DNA of 64,000 bases from Candidatus Poribacteria bacterium (lineage in GTDB: Bacteria; Poribacteria; WGA-4E; WGA-3G), in NCBI GenBank assembly GCA_965205015.1, contig OZ242029.1, forward strand, positions 1,600,001 to 1,664,000. Reading direction: 5' to 3'. The position numbers and the translations under genes are program-made. Below are positions 36,609 through 44,775 of the stretch, in pieces (within the stretch, counting starts at the first letter, position 1; each line of letters begins with the position of its first letter). Under the pieces are notes generated by a model. That model had not been told where the DNA came from, ran no database searches, and saw only the letters and a list, made by a program, of their open reading frames with translations.

Positions 36609-37844
36609 ATGAAGAAACAAGAATCCCACGACTTTAGGCGTGGGAGTATCAAAAGGGTTGTGATTATTCCACTGGTTGTCTTACTGCTTGCGGGTGTCGG
36701 TTGTGAGACAAAGCAAAAGGGTCCGAGCAATCTATCTGTAGGCAGAAGTAAATTGATTGACAGCGGTAACGCCTTGGAGGCAGTTGACCACCTCGAAAAA
36801 GCTGAACAGGAAGAGGTCAATAAACTGGAACCCCGTGCTCTACTCGTTATCGCTTACTCTCACGGGCTTTCGACGGGAAGCGCAAGTAGTCACGGCGTTG
36901 AAGCCAAGTTCAAAAATCAACGAGCACAACGGATACAAGAACTTACCGAGGCTGAGATAAAGCAAATCCTACAAATTCTCAGCACGCCCTCGCGGGTCCA
37001 AAAAGATGGCTTACAGGCACTTGTGGACAAGGGACCTGAAGCATCGGTAATTATTCTCGACAGCCTCATCAAAGGAAGGTATCCGTCGCTTCATGCAAAT
37101 TTTACGGAAATGCTGATTCAGATAGGGACTGATGCTCTTGATTTGGTTTTAGCGAAGCTGACTGATGAAACGACGCCACCTGCTGTCAAGGTTAAACTCG
37201 TTCAGGTCCTCGCTGAGATCGGCGACGCGAAAGCCATAGATGCATTAAAAGCGGTTCAAAGTGGAACGAGTGAAGCGGGTTTGGCGATGGAAATTAACAC
37301 GACGCTCTATCAGCTGGGTGAGGAATCCTATAAAAAGGACATCATCGCCGGTTTAAGTCATAGTGATGTTGTCGTCCGACGCGCCGCTGCGAAAGCCATG
37401 GCAAATCTCGGCGATGTGGCATCCAAAACACTCATTGCAGGGTTAAAAGATACCGACTCTGAAGTCGTTGCATCACTTGTGGAAGCGCTCGCAGTGCATC
37501 GCGATGCTGACGCTGTCGATGAACTCGTAAATATTCTGACCGGTGGATTGAGCAAGGATCCGAAGCAAGCAGCGATTAATACACTCGACATTTATGGACA
37601 AAACAAGCTTGCGAGAGGCTTGGCAAAGCGCATTACAATGCTGCTCATTGGCGGAACTGTTAGTGAGGCAGACAATCGGCTCCATCTCGTTCAACTTCTG
37701 AAGCGGGAACCGTTTCTGAAGCAGATTCAGGTGACAGAATTGTACGACAACCTTGAGTTCAAGCTTTATGAATATCATAAAGAAAAAGAACAGAGCGAAC
37801 TCGTTAAAACGTCGCTTAAACAACTCCTTGATGCACTTCAGTAA
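36609..37844 (+). CDS. HEAT/PBS-lyase repeat lipoprotein (paralog 1); native start displaced by the IS
   Basis: Lipobox LLLAGVGC; HEAT repeats 'VVRRAAAKAMANLG'; clear paralog of 39602-40792. The in-frame ATG at 36609, with SD AGGGAGG, lies inside the IS right end. Confidence 0.8.
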   Translation: MKKQESHDFRRGSIKRVVIIPLVVLLLAGVGCETKQKGPSNLSVGRSKLIDSGNALEAVDHLEKAEQEEVNKLEPRALLVIAYSHGLSTGSASSHGVEAKFKNQRAQRIQELTEAEIKQILQILSTPSRVQKDGLQALVDKGPEASVIILDSLIKGRYPSLHANFTEMLIQIGTDALDLVLAKLTDETTPPAVKVKLVQVLAEIGDAKAIDALKAVQSGTSEAGLAMEINTTLYQLGEESYKKDIIAGLSHSDVVVRRAAAKAMANLGDVASKTLIAGLKDTDSEVVASLVEALAVHRDADAVDELVNILTGGLSKDPKQAAINTLDIYGQNKLARGLAKRITMLLIGGTVSEADNRLHLVQLLKREPFLKQIQVTELYDNLEFKLYEYHKEKEQSELVKTSLKQLLDALQ

Positions 37845-37888
37845 GTCTGTGATAGACCCAAGTCTAAAGACTTGGGCTTCTGCAATCG

Positions 37889-39100
37889 TTACGCAGAAGC
37901 ATTTGTGGATTTCAGAATCGGATGGTTGGATTCAACGGAGCAGCCTACGATCTTGTCAAACAAAACAATAGGACTTACAACCCCTAAGCCAAAGGAAGCT
38001 ATCCCTTCCTTAAGAATATTCAGCGCAGCGTTCTCGTCGCGGTCAAGGTGCGTATTGCAACTTGGACACGTCCAGTCCCTGTCTGCTAACGTGAGGTTTT
38101 GATTTTTATGTCCACAAACACAACAGGCTTTTGTCGTCGGAGACCACCGATTGATTTTCAGCACGGAGCGAATACGCTTATGAGACTGGTGCTTGAGTTT
38201 CCGCAGGAACTCACCAAACGCAAGATCCGAGACCTGTTTCCCCCACAAGCGTTTCATACCCGCAAGGTTCAGGTCCTCAAAGAACAGTATATCAAACTTA
38301 CGACACAGTTCTATCGCCAGTTTCCAATGGTGATCTGTCCGTTGGTTCGCCGTTTTCTTGTGGATACGCGCAACGGTCTTGCGTTCGCGTTCTTGGTTGT
38401 TAGACCCTTTGACCTTACGGGAATACGCCTTTTGTGCTTCCGCTAACTTTTCAGCGTTCTGTTTGTAGAACATCGGAGACGTATATCTATGACCATCACT
38501 GCCAATCAGAAAGTCCTTGATACCCATATCAAACCCTTCAGCTTTACCCGTCTTGGGTTCGATCTTGATTTCGGTATAGTCTTCTGTCAGCGTAATATAC
38601 ATATCTCCGAGGGCATCTCGTGTTACGTGAACTTCGATGATGTGTCCCTCGATTTCACGATGCAGGGCGAAGCGATACCAACGTCCATTCAGTCGGATTT
38701 TATAGGTCGGGTGATTTCTTTGGTTTTTCTGCTTATCCAACACTTTTTCAAGCTTGACCTGTTCACCCCGAAACGTCATCCCTTTGTGTTTCTTGCAAGA
38801 CTTGAACTTTGGGTGACCTCTGCCAAGGGTTTTCATTTCTCTAAAGGATTGTGCCAAACGCTTTAGCACATTTTGCAACGCCCAAGAGTAAGGGATATTC
38901 CAATGCTGATACTTCTCAAGTTTCTTCAGTTTCGTCAAATGTTTCGACAGTTTCACATACGAAAGTCCCTTACCATAGCGGCGGTAATATCGCATACAGA
39001 GTGCCAAAAAATGATTTTTCACAACGCCACAGATATTGCAATCGTCGTGCAAGTGACGCAACGTCTTATCCTTGAAAAGTTTATGGGTCGTGTTTCGCAT
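37889..39100 (-). CDS. tnpB: TnpB RNA-guided nuclease
   Basis: RuvC D-E-D residues GFDMG, FFEDL and DRDENAA; zinc finger CCVC/CPSC. Confidence 0.93.
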   Translation of the reverse strand: MRNTTHKLFKDKTLRHLHDDCNICGVVKNHFLALCMRYYRRYGKGLSYVKLSKHLTKLKKLEKYQHWNIPYSWALQNVLKRLAQSFREMKTLGRGHPKFKSCKKHKGMTFRGEQVKLEKVLDKQKNQRNHPTYKIRLNGRWYRFALHREIEGHIIEVHVTRDALGDMYITLTEDYTEIKIEPKTGKAEGFDMGIKDFLIGSDGHRYTSPMFYKQNAEKLAEAQKAYSRKVKGSNNQERERKTVARIHKKTANQRTDHHWKLAIELCRKFDILFFEDLNLAGMKRLWGKQVSDLAFGEFLRKLKHQSHKRIRSVLKINRWSPTTKACCVCGHKNQNLTLADRDWTCPSCNTHLDRDENAALNILKEGIASFGLGVVSPIVLFDKIVGCSVESNHPILKSTNASA

Positions 39101-39194
39101 GGACTTTCAAGTCTCAAGTCTTTAACCCCTATACAGTGGGTGAGACCGACACGTAACCTTGCGGTTATGCTGTATATGTCGGTCCAACTTGATA
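39101..39194 (-). ncRNA. Conserved structured 5' leader of tnpB (copy C)
   Basis: Follows TTGACA-18-TATAAT. Pairings TCAAG/CTTGA, GACCGACA/TGTCGGTC, TATACAG/CTGTATA and TAACC-GCAA-GGTTA. Confidence 0.72.
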
Positions 39195-39601
39195 TTCTCA
39201 TTATACCACACTTTCGGACCAAATGTCAAGCAAAAAATGAACGCTTTGGTCCTTTCCAAGAGGGCGAGACTGTATCCCAAAGCTAAAGCATTGGGTTTTC
39301 GTCTCGGAAGTTTAGATAATTTGTTTCTTATCTGTCTGTACTTAAATTGTTGACAGAAAAATGTATTTATTTTAGAATATTCTTTACGTCAGTACTTGCC
39401 CAGATGTGTAATCCCTGTTTGGGAGGTTTGAATACGTTGTGATATGAAGAACCTACGGTTTTTCCTGCCAAACGCTACTGAAAAGTATTGGATCGACACT
39501 GTTTTATCTGTTTGCAAGTTGCGCACTATCTTCATGGAGTAGGCAACCGGCACGAACGGGTAAGTCTAATCGAGATTTCAGGAGGAAAAGAAAAACGGAA
39601 C

Positions 39602-40792
39602 ATGAAAAAACTTTTGCTGATATTACTACTGATAGGAGTCGTGAGTTTCGGCTGTCGGCAGGAACAGGTCATCACCCAACTTGAAGTGGGTAGGAGTAAG
39701 TTGTTAGACGCAGGGCTCACACTGGAAGCTGTCCAGCATCTTGAGAATGCTGAAAACGAAGAACAAAACAAAGTTGAACCTCGTGCACTCCTAATTATTG
39801 CTTATAGCCATGCTATTTCAACGGGCGCGGCAAGATTGCATAATGTGGAAGCCAGATATCAAACTGAACGTGATCGCCGTGTCGGTGAATTAGGCGAATA
39901 TGAGATGAAGAGGATTCTACATATCCTTGGGGAACGCCATAGGGTTCAGAAAGATGCCATGCAGGTTCTCGTTGATAAAGGGGCGCCCGCCGTGCCTTTC
40001 CTGTTAGAGGACCTCGTTAAAAACCGCTATCGCAACGTCCATGGTGACTTCGTTCAAATTTTGAAAGACATCGGTAGCCCGGCTATTAACGACCTCCTCG
40101 AGGCGGTTGGTGACAGCAAGACACCCGCTGCTGTGAAAATTCAACTCGTCCGTATCGTAGGAGATATAGGAGACGCATCCGCCATCACTAAGTTAGAGGC
40201 ACTCCATAATGCAACCCCTGATGAAGGGTTGAAGATGGAAATTAACACCGCACTCTATCATCTCGGAAACGAAGAGGCCGAATCAAAAATCGTTGAGGGC
40301 TTGACCCATGCGAACCCCGTTGTCCGACGCGCCGCCGCAAAGTCTATGATGTTCCTCAAAGAACACCCAACTGACATGTTGATTGATGCGCTTGACGATT
40401 CCGATGACACCGTGCGTATGGACATTGCTAAAGCGCTGCAGAAATATCCTGACGCGGGTGCTGTTGACGGTCTTGTCGCAATCCTCACAAACGGCTCAAG
40501 TCTCAATACGAAGCAAACCGCTATCGATACTTTGAACCTTTACGCCGAAAACGGACTCGCTGATGGATTGGCTGGACGTTTGATCGTGTTATTAGCGAAC
40601 CCTGAAGTTGTTGACCATGAAGATAGGCTCCGTATCGTTCAACTTCTCAAAAAACCTGCTTTGATAAAACAGATTCAGGAGGCTGACCAGTACGACAATC
40701 TGCCCCATAAGCTTGACGTTTACTTCAGGGAGAACGAAACCAACGATATGGTGAAAGACGCACTCAATGAACTCCTCCTTGTGCTTGAGTAG
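39602..40792 (+). CDS. HEAT/PBS-lyase repeat lipoprotein (paralog 2)
   Basis: Lipoprotein signal MKKLLLILLLIGVVSFGC; 'VVRRAAAKSM' HEAT repeats; colinear similarity to paralog 1. Confidence 0.85.
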   Translation: MKKLLLILLLIGVVSFGCRQEQVITQLEVGRSKLLDAGLTLEAVQHLENAENEEQNKVEPRALLIIAYSHAISTGAARLHNVEARYQTERDRRVGELGEYEMKRILHILGERHRVQKDAMQVLVDKGAPAVPFLLEDLVKNRYRNVHGDFVQILKDIGSPAINDLLEAVGDSKTPAAVKIQLVRIVGDIGDASAITKLEALHNATPDEGLKMEINTALYHLGNEEAESKIVEGLTHANPVVRRAAAKSMMFLKEHPTDMLIDALDDSDDTVRMDIAKALQKYPDAGAVDGLVAILTNGSSLNTKQTAIDTLNLYAENGLADGLAGRLIVLLANPEVVDHEDRLRIVQLLKKPALIKQIQEADQYDNLPHKLDVYFRENETNDMVKDALNELLLVLE

Positions 40793-41042
40793 ATACTTTT
40801 AATTGTTCGCAAAGCGTTAAATGAGGGGTCTTTGTTTATTGAATGTTTCTCTTCTATCCGCCTGCGTGTTTTTGCTTGGGGTTTTGCTTGGGTGTTTCTG
40901 CGTATTTCTGCGTATTGTTGCAGGCTGCTGTCTTAAGATAATTGTCGTAACGGTAGCCCGTAAGCGTAGCGGAGGGCGGATTAACGTGTGGTTACCTTGA
41001 TATACCAATCCACCTGACCGACCTGCAAGGTAAAATTAAAAA

Positions 41043-42209
41043 ATGCAAAATTATCCAACGGGTATCAAGATTACCAAAGTTGAACAGGTTACCGTCGAAA
41101 TTGATCAACCTGCTATTGGTTGTAACTCCCGCGCAACGGAGATTCACCAACCGGATCCGAATGCGAAATGGAACGAACGTATCATCCGCATCTATACCAA
41201 CGATGGTACCCTTGGTTGGGGGACTGGCAGTTGGGGAGCGACAACGGCTGAAAATGCGGAAGGCGTGCTCAATCAAAACCCGTTTGACCTCTTAAACCCT
41301 GAGGACGGGGTTGTTGAAGAATTTCGCGGTCTTGAAAACGCCCTATGGGACACAATCGGCAAAATCCTTGAGAAACCTGCCTATCAGCTCATCGGTGATG
41401 ATGTTTTTTCAAACGGATTGCCCGCTTACGACAGCACTATCTATTTCAACGATCTCCTGTATGAGACAAAAGCCGAAGGACTTCAACGCATCGAGAATGA
41501 TGTCAAAAGTAGTCTCGCCAATGGGTTTACCGCATGCAAAATGAAAATCGGGCGCGGTAGCTATCTCATGGAACGCATGGCGGGACTGCAACGGGACATA
41601 GAACTCGTCCAACTTGCCCGTAGCACCGCAGGCGAAGGCTTCAATATCCTCGTTGATGCAAACAATGCCTACACCTACGATGAAGTCATCACCTTTTTGA
41701 ACGAAACGAGTGATTGTGATGTCTTTTGGATAGAAGAGATGTTTGAGGAAGAAGTTGAATTGTACCGCAACCTCAAAGCGTTCATCCAAGAAAAGGGATT
41801 GAAAACCTTCATTGCCGATGGCGAAACCCGTACGCGCGACCCGCTTGAATTCTATGATCCTTTCTTTGAGGCGGGTGTTATCGATGTCATTCAGCACGAT
41901 ATGAAGGGGCTTGGCGTTACTGGCTGGCGGCGACTTGCCGATATGGCTGCGGCGCACGGTGTCCGGTGCGCCCCTCATAACTGGGGGTCTCTTCTCGGTT
42001 TCTACCTCAGTCTCCAATTCGGCAAAACGATTCCCCATTTCCTCTACGGCGAAGTCGCAACCCTCACGAGCGATGTAATCGATACTTCTAACTACGTTTT
42101 CACCGGTGGAACGTTCACGGTACCGGATACCCCCGGACTTGGACTGGCGCTCAATGAAGATGTGTACGACGATCGCTACGCCGGAAAAGAGGACTGGCAG
42201 ATCAGCTAA
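41043..42209 (+). CDS. Mandelate racemase/muconate lactonizing enzyme (enolase superfamily)
   Basis: Motifs ALWDTIGK, KMKIG, VDAN, WIEE, DGE, APHNW and PDTPGLG. Confidence 0.88.
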   Translation: MQNYPTGIKITKVEQVTVEIDQPAIGCNSRATEIHQPDPNAKWNERIIRIYTNDGTLGWGTGSWGATTAENAEGVLNQNPFDLLNPEDGVVEEFRGLENALWDTIGKILEKPAYQLIGDDVFSNGLPAYDSTIYFNDLLYETKAEGLQRIENDVKSSLANGFTACKMKIGRGSYLMERMAGLQRDIELVQLARSTAGEGFNILVDANNAYTYDEVITFLNETSDCDVFWIEEMFEEEVELYRNLKAFIQEKGLKTFIADGETRTRDPLEFYDPFFEAGVIDVIQHDMKGLGVTGWRRLADMAAAHGVRCAPHNWGSLLGFYLSLQFGKTIPHFLYGEVATLTSDVIDTSNYVFTGGTFTVPDTPGLGLALNEDVYDDRYAGKEDWQIS

Positions 42210-42539
42210 TTCTTTACTGAGGATAACGCCCGGTTCCTCCATAAACGGGACGCGTATGAAGGCATCCGGTTTCTAAAAGCGACCCGCCTCTACCTCTCCC
42301 CCAAATGCTTTGCTGTCCCCGACTAATTGAGCTACAACCCATTCCATCACCCCACTCGGTAGGCGAGGTTTCTAACCTCGCCGGTTCTCCGTTTAAGGTA
42401 TCTCCACTGTGATACCACCCAACGCCTAAAGGCGTGGGCTTCGGTTTCATCGCAACTGCGGTTTTCGCTCAAGCGTCCACCGTCTTACTGTCGCTCCACC
42501 CGCGGGTTCTTATTCCGAATCAGATCGGTTTTATCTGGT

Positions 42540-43652
42540 TTAGGTCCAGGGTACCCCAACCCGCAAAATGTTTCGCGCAGCGTTGATATCCCGATCATGG
42601 TACGAACCACAGTCAGAACACGTCCAATATCGGTCTGAAAGCGTTAGGTCTTTGTTGCGATAGCCACAATCCGAACAAGGTTTTGTGGTCGCTGCCCAAC
42701 GCCCCGCTTTCAATAAGGTTTTACCGTATTTGGCACACATCCAGCGAAGTATCAATGAGAACTCACCAAAAGCGAGGTCAGAGACTTTGCGACCCCACAG
42801 CCGTTTCATACCCTCAAGGTTCAGCGTCTCAATCGCAATCTTATCGTATCTACGCACAAGCCGAAGTGCCAACTTGAAGAACCAGTCGCGTCTTCTATTG
42901 GCTATATCCTTATTGACGCGTGCGAGGTGTCGTTTGGCACGAAACCAGCTGTTAGAAAGATACTGCTTACGAGAGAGTGCCTTGTTTGCGGAACGAATTT
43001 CATTGAGGCTTTGCTTGAAAAACTCCGGGGACGCTATCTTGATACCGTCTGAAAGCGTCAGGAATGTTTTCATACCGAAATCTGCCCCTGCCTCATGACC
43101 GGTCAATGGGAGTTTTTCGGAAGGTTCACAATCCTCACACGTCAGATACAAATAGTAGTCACCTACGGGATCACGCTTGATTGTTACAGTTTTTATCGTG
43201 CCTGTCCACTCACGGTGTTTCCAAAACGTAAATGACGTGTTTAGGCACTTGATATGAATGCGATTGTCTTCTATCTCATAACCGGCTTGCGTGAACGTCA
43301 ATGAGTTATACTTGTGTTGTGGCTTTATCTTTGGCTTGCCGACTTTGCGCGGTGATAACCCTTTCTTTTTCGCATCGAGGTAGTCAAAGAACTTGTCATA
43401 TCCAAGATGAATACGCTTGGCGACTTGTTGGATTACCTGACTTGGCAGTTGTTTCCAATGCGGTTGCGTCCGATGTTTCAACTTCGTTATATGCGCGCAG
43501 ATACGCCCAAACGAGGCATACTTGCCATAGATACGATAATAGCGTCTCTGCAATAAAAGCAAGTGGACATGCACGCCATGCAAGTCGTCAAGCAGATTCC
43601 CCATCTGTATGAGATTCGACTGATGATAGAACTCATATTTTTCGGTGTTCAT
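42540..43652 (-). CDS. tnpB: TnpB RNA-guided nuclease
   Basis: RuvC residues GADFG, AIETL and DRDINAA; zinc finger CSDC/CSDC. Confidence 0.93.
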   Translation of the reverse strand: MNTEKYEFYHQSNLIQMGNLLDDLHGVHVHLLLLQRRYYRIYGKYASFGRICAHITKLKHRTQPHWKQLPSQVIQQVAKRIHLGYDKFFDYLDAKKKGLSPRKVGKPKIKPQHKYNSLTFTQAGYEIEDNRIHIKCLNTSFTFWKHREWTGTIKTVTIKRDPVGDYYLYLTCEDCEPSEKLPLTGHEAGADFGMKTFLTLSDGIKIASPEFFKQSLNEIRSANKALSRKQYLSNSWFRAKRHLARVNKDIANRRRDWFFKLALRLVRRYDKIAIETLNLEGMKRLWGRKVSDLAFGEFSLILRWMCAKYGKTLLKAGRWAATTKPCSDCGYRNKDLTLSDRYWTCSDCGSYHDRDINAARNILRVGVPWT

Positions 43653-43746
43653 GGACGCTCAAGTATCAAGTCTTTAACCCCTATAGAGTGGGTAGGACCG
43701 ACACGTTACCAAGCGGTAACGCTCTATATGTCGGTCCAACTTGATA
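43653..43746 (-). ncRNA. Conserved structured 5' leader of tnpB (copy D)
   Basis: Follows a consensus TTGACA-17-TATAAT. Pairings TATCAAG/CTTGATA, GGACCGACA/TGTCGGTCC, TATAGAG/CTCTATA and CGTTACC/GGTAACG. Confidence 0.75.
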
Positions 43747-44146
43747 CGCTCATTATACAATATTTGGGGCGAAATGTCAAGTCTTTTTTTGATAAAGGTT
43801 TGGACCTTTCCAAGAGAGCGGATTTTCATCCCAAACCTGAAGGATTGGGAAACCTTCAATCCGTCAATGCCCGTAAGATCGATCTCCCGATCGCGACTCT
43901 TCGTCAAAAGTGCTATATCTATCCTCTACCACTTTTCCCTGACAAGTCCCCCTTTTATGTGGTATAATTATTAACGTGAATTTGACTTCAGCAGCGTAGG
44001 TTGGGTTGAGCGGAACATCAAAAACCAAACGCTTATGACGCAGGAAATTTCCATTCCAAAAGGCTTGGATGCTCTGAAATTCCAGCGAAACCCAACACTT
44101 CAACTGCTTGTAGGGGTATATGAACGGAAAAAAGAAGGAGTGTATC

Positions 44147-44743
44147 ATGTATATCAAAAGATTGGCGTGTTTAATTTTGCCCTGTTTTATCTTCGCGTCT
44201 TTTTATGTTCCTAAAGTGCTGGCACAGGATATAGAAGTCACCGATCTCGAATCGAGGAGCGTTGTCGGCGATTACGTTGTCGGCGAGGAGGGACTTGAGA
44301 TAGGGAGCGTCTATCTCATTGACAGGGATTATTTCGTCAAGGATATGTCAAAAGAGTTGGAAGGCGCGACGTTTATCATGACGGCAATGGACGATGAAGG
44401 CTCTCAGGGTGCTGATTTCATCACATTTAGCGTTGATGTTCCTGTCGTCGTTTGGCTGGCTGCTGACAAAAGATGGGGGAGTCCGCCAAAATGGGCTTCA
44501 GACGGTGAAGGATGGGAAGAGCAACCTGATTATTTGGTGCAAACCAATGAGGAGGATACGAATATTTTCGTCCTTCGGAACAAGGAATTTCCCGCAGGTG
44601 ACATATCCCTCGGTGGGAACAACGATGCACCTGCGAACTTGGCGCCCATGTACTGGGTATTCCTAATGCCTGGTACCGGAGCGGCGGCTGTGGAGGCAAC
44701 GGACAAGCTCACGACGACATGGGGGAGATTAAAGAGCAATTAG
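44147..44743 (+). CDS. Secreted hypothetical protein with C-terminal TWG tail
   Basis: SD AAGGAG; signal peptide ending VLA-Q; ends AVEATDKLTTTWGRLKSN. Confidence 0.8.
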   Translation: MYIKRLACLILPCFIFASFYVPKVLAQDIEVTDLESRSVVGDYVVGEEGLEIGSVYLIDRDYFVKDMSKELEGATFIMTAMDDEGSQGADFITFSVDVPVVVWLAADKRWGSPPKWASDGEGWEEQPDYLVQTNEEDTNIFVLRNKEFPAGDISLGGNNDAPANLAPMYWVFLMPGTGAAAVEATDKLTTTWGRLKSN

Positions 44744-44775
44744 TCGTGTGCTTTGCACCAGATTTGGGTGGTTCT

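Larger units (their letters stand above)
35268..36652 (+). mobile_element. tnpB-only IS200/IS605-family element inserted after ATGAA in codon 2 of a lipoprotein gene
   Basis: Left hairpin CCCACTGCTTTAGCTGTGGG; right hairpin TCCCACGACTTTAGGCGTGGGA ending in TATCAA; no TSD. Joining the flanks restores ATG AAA AGG GTT GTG. Confidence 0.85.
37849..39320 (-). mobile_element. tnpB-only IS200/IS605-family element
   Basis: Right-end hairpin CCCAAGTCTTTAGACTTGGG ending in TATCAC; left-end hairpin CCCAATGCTTTAGCTTTGGG. The left boundary is approximate. Confidence 0.8.
42409..43872 (-). mobile_element. tnpB-only IS200/IS605-family element inserted 3' of TTAC in a REP-like sequence
   Basis: Right hairpin CCCACGCCTTTAGGCGTTGGG ending in TATCAC. 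The left end begins GGGCATTG, as in the 35268 element, and is preceded by TTAC. Left hairpin CCCAATCCTTCAGGTTTGGG. Confidence 0.82.

Noticed and set aside
35268-36652. IStron (group I intron plus IS) explaining tolerance of the insertion
   Set aside because: Only ~200 nt precede tnpB, and these are accounted for by the left-end hairpin, promoter and leader. No group I core is recognisable.
39360-39600. Long leader of HEAT paralog 2 as a riboswitch
   Set aside because: I could not match it to any riboswitch consensus or find a second copy showing covariation.
41409-42242. Long antisense ORFs (also 19959-20561, 29495-30115, 61247-61906, 264-815) and the same-strand alternate-frame ORF 8958-9557
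   Set aside because: They are shadows of well-supported genes and show no recognisable motifs.
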